Of a stretch of DNA of 64,000 bases, positions 1 to 13,500 are shown piece after piece. A program made the translations under genes and the position numbers. Below the pieces are notes generated by a model. The model worked only from the letters and a program-made list of their open reading frames with translations, did not search any database and had not been told where the DNA came from. This stretch comes from Paramecium tetraurelia. Taxonomy: Eukaryota. The stretch's first letter is position 1, and each line of letters opens with the position of its first letter. The DNA is taken from NCBI GenBank assembly GCA_000165425.1, contig CT868653.1, forward strand, positions 248,001 to 312,000. The letters run 5' to 3'.

Positions 1-120
1 GTGTTCTGATGACACTGAGTGTTGGGCCAAAGTCACGTTCAGCAATGAAGGGAACAACATATGTTGTTGTCACAGCTATAAATTAGTGATATTAATTATA
101 TTTTATTATCTAATATATTG

Positions 121-1934
121 ATGTAGGATAAACCAAACCAATAATAAGACACTGTCCAAAACACCATCAAATCATTGCAGGACAAGATCTAAAACATTGA
201 GAACTTGATAGAAAGAGGAACTGATTGCATTATCATTTAGTATGGATCGCACAGTATAAAAATGAACAAAGCAAGCGGTAAATACTCAATGCACCATATT
301 TAGAGATGCTCCCCAAGAAATTCAGAAATTTGATTGGTTATAAAGTGCAATCCTAATTAAAACAAGTTTAATCCACAGATCTCACTGTGATTGATGAAAG
401 TCTATTATTATTAGAACAAAAATTAATGTAGAAAGGCACACTCAAAGCCCAACCCAAAAGCATGCGTGGAAAGCCAAGAGCTAAAATTGAAGTAGATTTA
501 CGCAACATCAGAGGGTTTCTGGGGAAGAAGGAACAAAAATAACCATAATGCACTCTTGCTAAGATGATGGAAGATAAATCTGTGGTCTTTGAAGACGACA
601 TCTTTACTGGAGAGTATTTAGTTAGGTAACCAATCAAACATGGATTTTTCAATTTAACAGAGAATTACAATATGCAAGATGTGATTGAAGATCTATACAA
701 ATTGACATTATATGGATTGAATTGCAAATTGGAAGTCAAGAATGTCTCTGATTACTATTGCATTTTGGTTATTCCTGATATCTTTCAAAGAGTACAAGTA
801 AAAATGTTGGTAGATATGTTAATAAGACAATTGAGATTCAAAGGAATCTATCTACATTTAGAATCTGTCTTATCCAGCTTCGGAGCTAATCTTTAGTAAT
901 GTTGTGTTGTTGACATTGGTTATGAGAAGATCAATATTACCTGTGTTGATGATGGAGTCATTTTGCCTGGAACCTATGTGAGAAAGAATTTCGGTAGCAA
1001 AGACATTGATTTAGTACTCATGAGGTAAGTAACCAAACGAAATGCTTGTGATTAAGCTGTTCAACTGCAAAGTAACAATTACGGAGATCTACTCTAAATG
1101 GAAAAACTCAAAGAAAAAGCTTGTTAAATGAGACAAAAGGAAGACAAACTCAATTACAATTATGAGCTTCATTGTTTAAGAAATCAAAAGGAAAAGAGAT
1201 TCTTTGTTCAACACAATGATGGATTGTACATATCTCCGAATACTCTGTTTGAATCTGAACCTTTCAATGAAATCAGGAAACAGGATATGCATGAATGCTT
1301 CGATTTTACAGGACGACTCTTCGAAATGCAATATGATCCAGAGGATAATTTTGAGGAACTCAGTGGAGGAATTCAATTATGCTGGTATTGGGGCTCCAAG
1401 GAAAAGGAACAATAGTATTTCACAGAAGGAAATCAAATGCTAAATCCTAATTATATGATACCCTTAGATCATATGATTGCCTACTCAATAGCCTAAGTCT
1501 AGGATCCAGAAATAAGGCAAAAATTAGCCAATAACATTCTATTTACAGGAGGAGGAGCCCATCTGATCGATCTTGTAGATGAGGTTGAAGCCTTGTTGAT
1601 TGACAAATTTTAAGTTATGGAACTAAATGAAATCGAAAGAGTAGAAGTTAAAACTATTATTAGAGATGTTAGACCTATTTATATGGCCTGGGTTGGGGCC
1701 ACTGTCTTACCTAAAACAGAATCTGTAAGTGAATTATGGATCACAGCACCTAGATGGTTGGGTGATTTGGAAACTCAAAAAGACGAATTGGAAGATATGA
1801 TCAATTAATTTGATGGGGATGTTTAATAATTGGAAAAAAAGCTAATTGCTTTTGCAAAAAAAGATAAAGAAAAGGATCGTAGTTGTGAATATGGACTAAA
1901 ACATTTGAAAGAAAAGATTCCCTTTATTTGGTGA
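121..1934 (+). CDS. ARP8: Actin-related protein 8 (INO80 complex subunit)
   Basis: Ciliate-code ORF from ATG 121 with a 26-nt intron (278-303). Motifs CIIIQYGSHSIK, PIKHGFFN, ILVIPDIF, ESVLSSFGANL..CVVDIG, ILFTGGGA, MAWVGA and C-terminal LKEKIPFIW* match the Arp8 pattern. Confidence 0.85.
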
Positions 1935-1967
1935 TTTGTATAATTATATATATTAATATTTTGGGGA

Positions 1968-3114
1968 TCAATCAGAATCTTCAAATAATACTCTTTGTAT
2001 TCTTTGATTCTTTTACTATGAAGGCTTAGGTTTAGGTGGTTTAATTTATTACTATTAAGGGGGAGTCCTAGAGGATGGCTTCAAAATTTCTTCGGATTCA
2101 TCATCAAACATGTTATTCTTTGCTTATATTGGTTACTTTGAAGCAGGAGCAATAATTATTTTTATTATACAACTTTTTTCGGGTATCAACTATAATAATG
2201 TAATTGCACTCAACTCTTTTGATCTGGCATCAGTAATTTAGTAGCTGACTAATCTTCATCTTCGCTGAATATAGTCTTCTACATGGATTAGAGATTGTTG
2301 GAATCGCAGTCAATTAAACATTAGTAGTTTAAGTATTTGATTTACCTATGATTTATATTCAAACTTAATTCCAAACCTGGTAGATTATCTACCTACATCT
2401 GTTGTAATTATTTCTTTCCTCCTCCTCCTAGTCCTAGTGGATCATTAAAGAATTTGGTAAACCTCTTAAGCAATTAGGACATTCAATTACTTCTATTCGA
2501 ATTCTTTTCCTTTGTTTTTTGCTGCTAAGGTATCTTATTAAGTTGGTTTATTGGATGCCAAACTTGGTAATTGTTGTGTTGATGGAGTTATTGTAGCCTA
2601 GAGATCTAATTTTATTGGAACCTCAAAGTCGCTCTATTTTGTTAATTTTTAATTGATTCTCTATACAATACTCTATCTATTACTACCTCAGCATTCTAAA
2701 TCTATTATGATTTCACCTTATAACAAAAGTGGGCTTAGCTAATTTCTTTTGAGAATCATCCTTCTCAAAATCAATGCATACCACCTTGAGCCATTTATTG
2801 GTAGTTAAGAGATTGTAATGAAATCCTTAGAGCTTTGGTGTATTTTAAGCTATTTTGAGTCCATCATCTATGTTCTGCGGAGGTGCAGTCTTTGGAGGAG
2901 CTTCTTAAAGAGGAAGCCATTCTCTGAATGATCTATGAAATCGCATACTTATTCATTGAAGCGACTATCGCTCAAGGGGAGAAATCTATTGAAAGTTTGA
3001 TTGATTTGAGAGTGGATGGAGTTGGCTTAATGTTGAACTGATCGGATTTCAGATGAGACTGCTAATTAAAAATTATATAACAATATATTGAGTATTGAAA
3101 GTGTAGATCCACAT
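1968..3114 (-). CDS. Hypothetical protein, multi-exon, acidic C-terminus (NMFDDESEE...LFEDSD*)
   Basis: Long TAR=Gln open stretches on the minus strand ending at TGA 1968-1970. ATG at 3114 is divergent from the next gene. Intron structure not fully resolved. Confidence 0.45.
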
Positions 3115-3146
3115 TATTATTATAAAGTATCTTCATAAATTAAATA

Positions 3147-5839
3147 ATGATTCAAAGCAGCTCATATCAATCTTGGAATTAATAGGCTCAGATTGGTTCA
3201 TTCTAATCGGCGTACAGTAATGACACTCAATAAATCCGTTTCAAGGAAGAGAGTTTCTCAACCTTCCAGCCAGTTGTACCACAGTAAGGCACTTGGACTT
3301 CGAGTCAGTTGGGGGGGAGAGTGGAAGAAAAGGATTTTCTGGTTATACAAAGGACAAATACTTTTGGGAAGTCAGAAGCTGAAAGATAACAACATTACGA
3401 AGAATTGATATAAGACAATTAGAGAATGAGGTATGTTGTTGATTCTAAATCGATAGAGAAGTTATTGAGGAACTGAAAAGGGAAGTAGCCACTTATAAGG
3501 CTTCATCCAGTTCTGATGCAGAAATGCTGAGGAAGGAGTTGTAAATCACATAGAAGGAATTGGAAGCAGCGAATAAGGAGATCATGATGTTAAAAAGTGG
3601 AGTCGAATCAAGATAAAAGACAGAAATGGAGAATATTTAGATGGAGTTGGAGAAATGGAAAAAAAGATGTGCAGAATTAGAGTCAAAGGATAAGGAGAAC
3701 ATGGAACAATTAAAATAATTAACCTATTATCAAAACAAACTCAAATGGTATGAAATGGATGCAAAGAAAAAGTTTGAGAAATACCAAACTGTTGATTTGC
3801 TTCAATAACAATTAAGTGATCAAGAGTCTTTGATCGAAGAATTAAAAAAAGAAATTCACAGATGGGAAGAGAGATATGATGCTCAGGCCTTGGAAAGTCA
3901 AGAAATTAGGATTAAGCTATCTTCCAATACTAGAGTAAATTAAATGGAAGATGATATCAAAGCATACATTCATGAAATTGGTCAATGGAAAAAACGATGT
4001 TCAGCCTTGGAAGCAAGGTTTGAAGCTTCCGATGAGGCTAAATTGCTGGCTAGAATTGATTAGCTGAATCGTTTGTTGGCTGAAAGAGATTAAGATGTCT
4101 AAAAGAGCAGAGCTTAATTGAATTTATAAATATCCCAATAACAGCAAAGTAAACTCTTGAGCTCAGCTATGTAAAATTAAGAGTTTGATAACTAATTGGA
4201 ACAGTTGAGAAGATAATTGCAGGATTCATAAAATAAATTAGAATAATAAAATAGAGATATGGAAGGATATAAAATGTAGGCTAATCTCTTTAATTCAGAT
4301 AAATTTGAAGAATTAGAATAAGAAAAGTGGAAACTTGAATTGTAGATCGAAGAATTAGAAAGAGATTGTGATACCTTCATGTTGAGAATCAAGGAATTAG
4401 AATAACAATTTTAGGAATTATCCGTCAAATACAATGAACAAAATGCTAATTATCTAAAGTATAAAGAGATTATTGATTCTAATTCATCTAAATACAAAAA
4501 TGTAGATAATCTCACTAAAGAGATCCAAAATTATTAAAAAGATCTCGAAGTCTGGAAAACTCGTTATTTCCAAACTGAAATCAGGTTAAAAGAATACGAT
4601 TCTCTGAGAATTGAATATGAAAAACTACTTAAGCAATAGCAATAGACTACTATTCAATCTACTTTTATTAACATTGAAACTGATGCCTAATACATCTAGA
4701 TCAAAAGAGAAAGAGATATGTTGTAAAAATAAATTTCAGATTTGGAAACTAAATTAAGAGAGTAAAGCAGCAATTCATTCAGGGAACAACAAAATACAGG
4801 ATTTAAATTTTAATAAGATGACTCAATCAGAATTGAAAGAGACAATTACTATAATAAAATTCAAGAATTAGAACTCAGGATCAAAGAATTATAACAATAA
4901 TAATCATAATCAGTCAAATATTCTAATGATGACTCTAAAGTTAGAGAATTAGAGGCTAAAATAAGAGAGTATCTATTTTAAATAAAATCCTATGAGAGTC
5001 GTATCTCTACTTACGAAACAAAAATAAGAGAATTTGAAACAAGAAATAAAGAGTATGAAACTAGAAATACACAGTCTTTGGTTGAAAAAACTGTTGTTTT
5101 AACAGACGAACCTAAAATTAAAGAATTGACAGAAATAATTCAACAGAAGAATAAAAGAATAATAGAATTAGAACAAAATGCAAATTATACTATGAGCAAT
5201 TAGAGTTCAGTAGTTGTGATTAAAGAATAGGTCAGAGTCAAAGATCAAAGAATAAGAGAATTAGAAATATAAGTTGATAACTTGCAATTGGAACTTGGAA
5301 GACTACAAAACTTAAAAAGAGATCAAGAATCTCGCATCAATATTATGTTGTAAAAAGTATTCATCATATACCATATTAGATTACTGAATATGAATCTTAA
5401 TTGAATATCCTTTAAGAAGTAAAACTCAGATAATCCAAAAGATCCCCCCCACCTTAATAGTCGAAAATAACTTCTACAACCTACATTCAATAATAATAAT
5501 AATAGCCTATCATCTAAACCAACAGCTATATCAAATAGAACAATGCTCAATCCACTATATATTAATCAGCATAATAAATAGTACCATCCCCTGCTCCCAT
5601 TTCATAGAATATTGGATTTCAATAGATGAATAACAGTCTAACAACAACTAGACAGGTAGTCATTACTGGAGACTCTCTAAAGTAATCAAATTTAATTCTA
5701 TTATAGGAATTTGTATCCCAAAGAAGAAAATATTTCATCATAAATCCTAGATCGAATAGCTCCAAATAGAATAACCCAAGACTTAAATGGTCAATAATCG
5801 CCCTAAATTATTGTTTCATAATATAAGCCAATTAATTGA
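3147..5839 (+). CDS. Large coiled-coil protein (cytoskeletal/cortical type)
   Basis: Continuous E/K/Q/L heptad-rich frame with tiny introns near 3431-3456 and 5357-5379. Stop TGA 5837-5839. Confidence 0.7.
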
Positions 5840-6417
5840 TGAGTAATCTCAGGTTTAAAATGATTATTTTATATTAATAAATAATTATTTCCTTATGCAA
5901 ACAATGAATCTATTATAGTCTTTCTAGAATTTATGTAAATATTCAAATTGAAAAATAATATTTTATTTAATCTTGAAACATTAAAAAACAGATTAAGATA
6001 GACATATAATGTGATAATGTTAATACTTTTTGAATCAAATATTTAAATTCAATTTATATATTATAAGTTTTTCAGAGTTCTTAATAAAGATTTAAAATCC
6101 TAGGATACTCACTAATTGATTAAAACATCATTGAAATGTAATTTTCAAAAGTTAATTTAATATGATTAATTTAAAAAAAGGAAAAAAAAGATTAACAATA
6201 AGATGTATAAGATATTATCTACAAGTACTCTAAGCTTTCTTATTGAAAGACAGTAATCCAAATATGATTTTAGATTATTTCGTTTATTCTCAAATACTAG
6301 TATATTTATGAAATTAGCAATAAAAAATAGAGCTTTCAAACTTGATAAAAATAAAGGCTAAAAGAAAGAGTAAACTGTTTTAAATGTAAAATTGAATATC
6401 TCTGATATATATATATT

Positions 6418-6749
6418 TCATTATGTTTTGTAAAATAGGTATGCTGTTTTATCAATGTAAAAGTAGATAAATCTTCTTTTTTCATGAATAGAATGGCATC
6501 CGAAATTCTTACCAAAAAATACGTGCCAAAATGGTTCAAAGTTAGTATCCAAATACTTCTTCAAATGTTCTGCCATCTTTATACGAGTTATGAAACTGTT
6601 ACCTTTTATCCATCTTTTGCTTCGTATGTTTTCAAACAGCTCTGTGTTTCATTTATAGCTCCTTCCAATATATCATCTGGACAATCAGGTGGCCACAACA
6701 CTCTAGCACCCAAGTACATTCTATATTAAGCTGCTGTTTGAGATGACAT
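6418..6749 (-). CDS. Dynein light chain, LC8 family (axonemal-type paralog)
   Basis: MSSQTAAQYRMYLGARVLWPPDCPDDILEGAI...AEHLKKYLDTNFEPFWHVFFGKNFGCHSIHEKRRFIYFYIDKTAYLFYKTQ*, with a 26-nt intron 6577-6602. Confidence 0.85.
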
Positions 6750-6855
6750 TTATTTTAATTAATTAAAATATATTCATTAGAAAACCTGTTGGTTTATTAA
6801 ATTGAATATTTATATTTGATAACGTATACTTAAATTGTGATCTATCTATATTTAA

Positions 6856-7792
6856 TCAAAATGTATCAATCTCTGAAACTCTTTGATAGTATTTTTTTAA
6901 TGGTAATTCAGGAATTCTCTGAAGCCAAGCCTTTTCGCTCCAATGATTGTTATGTCCTTCAATCAAATGAAGCGTATATGCGTGTCTTGATTAAGAGGAG
7001 TGATTATGTCCAGAAAAATGCACAAGATCTCCATGAAGTAAGATAACTGAGCCTTTTGTAACTTCTAAGCATTCAGCTTGAGCAGGATCATAGCGTTTAG
7101 CATATTCTGGATTTTGTCCAATCATTATAGTGTTTTTTCTAGTTTCATCTAAGATGTTGAAATATGTTGTTGGTGTCTAGTGGGATTTTGGAAAAGCAAA
7201 CATGCATCCATTATTTCTTGTTGCATCTTCAAGTGCTATCCATATTCCTATACAGGATGGTTTTGGCTCACTTATGATGTAAGTATTATCGGTGTGCATA
7301 TCTACAGGTGTACCAAATTTCTAGTTTTTAAATATTACCATTGATTGAGCAAGTATTGGATCAATGTATCCAACTCCTTAAAGAATTGCTTTGAAAATGC
7401 TGTTATAGGAAAACCTTTCAAAAGCTGGATCAAGATCATGCATAGCATGTCCTATTTTATTGAGAGCAAGCTTTTTGTCTTTTACTTTCAATTATCCTTT
7501 TTCATCAATCATACCCAATTCTAATAAATATCCTATTTTAGAAGCAGTTTCTAAAAAGCTCATACCTCTGGGAGCATTTTTAGTATCAAAAAACATCTAG
7601 GATAGCAGTAAAATATACTTGATTATTTATAATATCAGCATTTTCAACCAATTCGTCTGTTCTTTTTAGCAATTTATCAATTTCTTGATGGCTGACAATA
7701 TTAGGAAGTACAAGATAGCCGTTGGCATGATAAAAATCAGCCTAAGATTTTGTCAATTATTTAAAGTTGAATTTGCTTAAAAATCGAAACAT
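6856..7792 (-). CDS. Phytanoyl-CoA dioxygenase domain protein (PHYHD1-like 2OG-Fe(II) oxygenase)
   Basis: FYHANGYL, LNKIGHAMHDLDPAF, QSMVIFK, iron-binding HTD, GIWIALEDATRNNGC, RHAYTLHLIEG. Confidence 0.88.
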
Positions 7793-8612
7793 TAATATTA
7801 ACTTTTAGTTCTTCTAAGACATAGTTATGATATCTATCACCAAGATTTACCGAATAATACTGATTTATAATGTTCTTAATATTCCAATCTTAATTTACAT
7901 TTTGAGAGTATTCCAATAACTCAAATAAATACTATATAGCGAAAGAAGTAATTTATTAAATTACTAAGACTAATAGAAGTAAAGAAAATAAACAAATATT
8001 TTTATTATCACCATTCAAATGAAACATTCAATTTTGGGTTTCCAAGAACTTAATATATATTCACTAGGGTTAGTTAACGGATTAACTTAAGTAGAATATT
8101 AAATGTAATGAAAACTTTTACTTTAAATTAAATAATAACCAAATATTTTATTCACAAAGTATTTTGATTAAATGAATTTCGAAAACTTGTAAGAAATCTC
8201 AAGTAGTATTATGTTTCATAATATAATTATACTCTCACCTATTAAATCTATAATTTCTCTTATACGCCAATATTCAGTTCCTCTTAAGAACAATAGCCCA
8301 TTATAGTTTTTGATTAAATTACAAATAGAATGATCTCCTACTAATAACTATTCATATCAAACCATATTCTATTTTATTCCTTCTTAAAATAGACTAAGAA
8401 ATTGTTATTGATACTTTTTACAAGATTTTATTGTAAAATAAGTTATTCAGCAAAAAAATTAAATTCTCCTTGAATTTTAAGAATAAGTTCATTATTGTTT
8501 GATTAATACATTTTGGTACAGATTATAGTTCTGGATTAAGGGATATTGTAGTTACTTTGATTCTTATTAATAAAATAATAATTCTAAAATCAAATAGCCG
8601 TATATATAAATA

Positions 8613-8926
8613 TCATGATTTTTTATATTAATCCAGCCTTAATTAGGCTTCATCAACTTAAGCGCTAATATGTTAAAGTTTGTCTTTGAGAGTTTGATTT
8701 TCCTTTCTCAGATTTATGTATAATGAATCCAATTACTCTTTAGTATTATTTGTTTTTGGACTTTCTTGGAATGGTCTTGGCTAAGTTTGTATTGTGTAAT
8801 ATTAATTAGTAGGAGAGCGCTATTAGCCATTATGATTCAAATTACATATTGCTAGTTACTGAATGGGGTTTGTAATTAAATCACTGGAACGTTTCTTTAA
8901 GCAGAATTTGTATTTTAGAAATACAT
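8613..8926 (-). CDS. Small hypothetical protein (~95 aa) with C-terminal coiled coil
   Basis: ATG 8926 plus one 26-nt GT..AG intron gives an open frame ending LRKENQTLKDKLQHISAQVDEAQLRLDQYKKS*. Confidence 0.55.
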
Positions 8927-9725
8927 TAATAAGTTGATATAATTTATGTTAGTTAAATAAAATTTATATTTATTCCATCTCCTTTCTTTTTCAATTGAAA
9001 TATCTTTTCAATATAAACTCATCCATTTTTGCAAATTCTAATTATCGTAGTCTTTCCTCGTTTTTATATAATTAACTGAATTATAGAAAACAATAGGAAA
9101 ATAAAAATTGTTATTTTATCTTTATATCTTATGTTTCTAACTTATGAAAATTACAAATCAAATGAATTACTATGAATTCTTACTAGCAACTTTGATGGTA
9201 AAATTTATTAAATTAAATTACTTATCTAATAATTAGTACCAAGGAATTAATGGTTTAGATGTTTATCCCTAGTATAATAGCTATTTAATATCATGTCTAA
9301 TGATTTTTAAGATTTGAGGTTAATTTATTGCTTGATTCTTTTATCTTATAATTATTAAATTCATATCTTTATTATTGACTTATTTAAGCACACCTTTTCA
9401 GTAATGATTACACCAGTCATATCTGTGAAAATGGCAGTTAATAATTCAATATCACTTTAAGATCAAAATATGATGAATCATAAGGTATATAAAATTTACT
9501 ACTCCATTTATCCTACATTTATGATCTTGTGCTTAACAATACTAATTTTGAAAGAGATTTGAGTAGATAGTTACAATGATTAAATGGATAGCAGACAGAC
9601 ATTGAAATAATGAAGTAATAAATAATATTATTAGTATAATAAATTATTGAATTCCAAAAATAAGCAAGCAATTATAAATGAGTTGAAATCACTAAAATAT
9701 TTAACTCTACTTTATATAAATTTCG

Positions 9726-10518
9726 ATGCAAACATTAAGTCATTATGAGGCTATGGCTGAAGAAGTTAGAAAAATCATGTTGTAAGGAAAACCGATTCCA
9801 CCAGATTATTAAGAAGTAATTGAAGAGTTCCTGCCAACAGAAGACAAATACCCATCGAGAAGAGTCATTACTATATACGAATATCCAGACAGCAATCCAG
9901 CATTGTTTTTGGAGAACAAAAGGGGATTTCGATTGCAATTCATGTTTCTGTTCTTATCGAACTAGTTAGCAGCTTAGTATAGATTTAATTCCAACAATAG
10001 ATTCTATGAGGAAGTTATGAACAATGGACCACTCAAATGGCAGATTGCTAGATTCTATTTGGAAGTGGCCGACAACGTGGTCTTCATTAAGACAAGAGGT
10101 CAGAGGGCTCAGAATATGTTACAGAGGGTTCAACATGCCATATAGACTCAACCTTTGTGCGTGTTCCATTACAATATGAAAATGAGAGTACTTTTTGTTT
10201 GCTATTTGTGAGACTCTTTTGCACATTTTGGAGTAGGGCAATTGGTGTATCCGAATAGTGTGGGGTCCTGCTGTTGATGTTCCTTTGCATGGAGGAGATG
10301 CAGAGAAGGTTGAGAATGTGATTGCAAAGGCAGAACCAAAACTAGAAATACAAAAGAAGGAAGAGACTGAATCAGAGGTTACTAAGAAGATTTAGATAAA
10401 TGAGGAGGAGATCAGGAACAAGACATCCTTATACATCAAATCTATTGAATATTACAGTAGATTAGCATAGTAGACAGTGCAGAAGTTGAGAGATGAGAAT
10501 CAAAAGAGGAAGGCATGA
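9726..10518 (+). CDS. Hypothetical protein
   Basis: Relatively GC-rich, codon-biased frame from MQTLSHYEAMAEEVRK. A 26-nt intron (gtcagaggg...ttacag, ~10099-10124) joins it to the E/K-rich C-terminal frame ending TGA 10516-10518. Confidence 0.55.
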
Positions 10519-10559
10519 ATTATTTAATAATCCTATTGTTATTATAATAATATTAATAA

Positions 10560-13500
10560 ATGTAAATTAAGGAAAATTTATACAATTGGCTTTGTTCATT
10601 AAAAGTCCTGCCTTAGGATGGAAAGAAATACGCAGACAAAGTGGAGATAAGCAAAGCATCTCTAATCCAATTGGAAAATGGCATAGCTTTCGGATAGTTG
10701 CTGAAGGAAATTGTGAAGTTACGAAACAGGTTCCTATTTTAATCATTTTTAAAAGACCTTCTACTCCATTGGCTAAGTTAGACACACTGAAAGATAATTA
10801 GTAGAAATCCTCCATCTTGTATAACTGGAAGATTCTTTGCGAAGAATATCAGAAGGTCGACATCCAGATTGATTAAGATACTAAGGCCTTGATACTTGGG
10901 GGCGATAAGGAAATGATGCATCAATTGCTGTTGGAGATTTATGATAAATATTATCGAGGCTAATAGCAATCATCAGTGTTGTAGTAATCTTAAATGTTAG
11001 ATGACTCTGTATTAAGTTTGGGTGGAAACACTAAGTTTTTAGCAAATAGTAAAATCTCTTAAGGTACATATTTATGATATGGAATAATAGCTAATTAATA
11101 AGTTGATTTATCAAAATTAGATCCAAAAAAAGATCTCAATAAAACATCAAATTGTTTAGAATTCTTTATAGTTGCTTTGGCTAAGAACTTGTAACTGTCA
11201 ATCAAATAGTCAGCCTCTCTCTTCACCAACAACAATAAATATCTAGCACACATATTGGCCAAAGGAGTAAAGGGAGTATTTGAGCCAATAGTTGCCTTTT
11301 ATAAAGAAACCTATGCAAATGGAAATTAATTAATTAAGTTATTTAATGAGGATTCCACCAAAAAATCACTCGTGTTTGCATTTCAAGTATATGTTGATTT
11401 ACTATCAAAAGGCTCTTAAACCTGGATTAATATCTAAATCATTTGATGTTGCCTATGAATCAGTTCGTTTATTTACCAGATTAGGTTCAATGATACCAGT
11501 TTAATTATTAAGAGAATGGTTCCTTGAAGAGTAAGGAGGGTTGCACACAGCTTTGATGGGTACTAGGAGACATCCAGAATTAGTGTCATTTCATGTTGAG
11601 ATGATATAATAATTTGCAAGAAACAATTTCGTAGAAGTGTTTACAACAGGCATTAGAACAGTCTTACCTGATACAAAGGATTTCATCAATTCAGTTGAAT
11701 TAATTTACATTCCCTTAAGTCAAAATTAAGAATTAGTTTCAACTGGTATTTTGAATGATTGGGTGACATAAGCTATAGGGATTGCAGAAAATGAATTTAA
11801 AAATACAATTGATACCAGAATATCTTCACTTAACTTTTTAAGTGAAGTACTTGGCAATACAGAGTTAGATGAATCATTGACTAATACAATCATTGCATTA
11901 CTAAAAAAAGGATCGAGAGATAAATCATAATCTCTTTCCTTAATGTGTCTTAATCATTTATTTAGGTTACTCAATCATTTTAGTCTTTAAAAGAGCAATT
12001 TCGCTCCGCTGATATATAAAAAGTATAAAAAATATTAATTGCATTTAGTTTAACATTGTCATTGGTTGAGAATCATGATAATCAATAAATAAGAGAGTAC
12101 ATTTTGAATAATTTCATTCACATATTTTCAACAATGGAAGCAGTGCCTATTAATTTAGTGCTTGAGAATTTGATCAAATAATTACAGACATCAGAGGGAG
12201 TCACCTATATTTTGAATACTTTTGATATGCATTTCTTTATGTTCACATCCAATCTTAATATTGGAATAAAGAATGCCATTTAATTGTTAGACTTCTTAGC
12301 CAAAATATTTTTGAACAATCTCGTTTATTAGAGTTTATCCTCTGAAATCATCATCAACATCTTATCAAAGAATGTGGAGAATTAGACAATGCAAGAGTTT
12401 ATTTTAAAGTTTGTAAAAATTGCCTTGGCTATGTTCTTTGCATCTGAGAAGAAGAGACAGGCTAAGGATCCAATTGGTGCATAAAAGCGTAATCAAATAG
12501 TTGAGATTATTCGAACAATAATTCAATTTTAATAACAACTTTTGAATGAGAAAATAAAACCATTGATTGCCCATACCAATATACAAATAAAGCAATTCAG
12601 TAAAAGAAACTCTAAAGGAATGATGGCAATACTAGAATTATTTGGAAATGCAGAAAGAATATTGGAATAATATGAGATTGAATATCGAGAATAATAAGCA
12701 AGTAAATTGTAGGGACCTCCTGAAGACGATGATTAATTAGTTCCATTCAATTCTCGATCAATAGGATCTATTAAGTTATCAAAGGAAGAGTAATACTCTC
12801 TGGCTTCTTTAAAAACAACCAAAGCAGATCCGAAGGTACTTGAAAAGCTGGAAACACTCAAAAAGTAATTCGATGATAGAACTACAAGTGAGGCATAAAA
12901 GATAGAGTAAATGAAAGAGGCTTAGTAGAAATAAAAGGCCAATCTTAGAAAACAATTAGAAAAGAGATCTATTGAATAAGGTGTGTCAATCACTAAGGAC
13001 AGAGAAACTAATTTAGTATTTAAGGATGGATCAAAAAGTGTTGCTTAGCCAAATAAACATGGATTAACAGAATATGAAGTGTGGGACTTATAATTGGAGG
13101 AGGATAGAGAACGTTATTTGGTGGAACAACTCTTTAGAAAGTATCATAAGATATTTAAATACGTTTTCTTTAAATATGCTAATTCAGGGAATAAAATCAT
13201 AAAGCCAAAAGATTTTGATGAATTGAAAGATCAATCTGATACTATTAACGAAGCTGAATTGTGGGCCTTTCTTAAGGATTACGAATTAATATTCAAAGTA
13301 ACTAGAGAGTAAGTGCATGCTTTGATGAGATCAATTGCAATCTAACTATTGAAATGCAAAAATGAATTAACCAATTTCAATTATGAAGGATTCAAACACA
13401 TCATTACCTAATATGCATGCATTCTATTTACTATGAGAACCAAATACATTCAGCCACATACTTGCATTGAAATGATGATTCAAAGGATGAAATAAGTCAC

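Noticed and set aside
1..123. Plus-frame ORF ending in TGA 119-121 overlapping the ARP8 ATG; possible box C/D-like motifs
   Set aside because: A divergent minus-strand gene starting at ATG 60 (MLFPSLLNVTLAQH) is equally plausible. It cannot be resolved at the window edge.
10209..10211. In-frame TGA suggesting selenocysteine or readthrough
   Set aside because: A 26-nt GT..AG intron upstream shifts the frame and bypasses it. No SECIS was identified.
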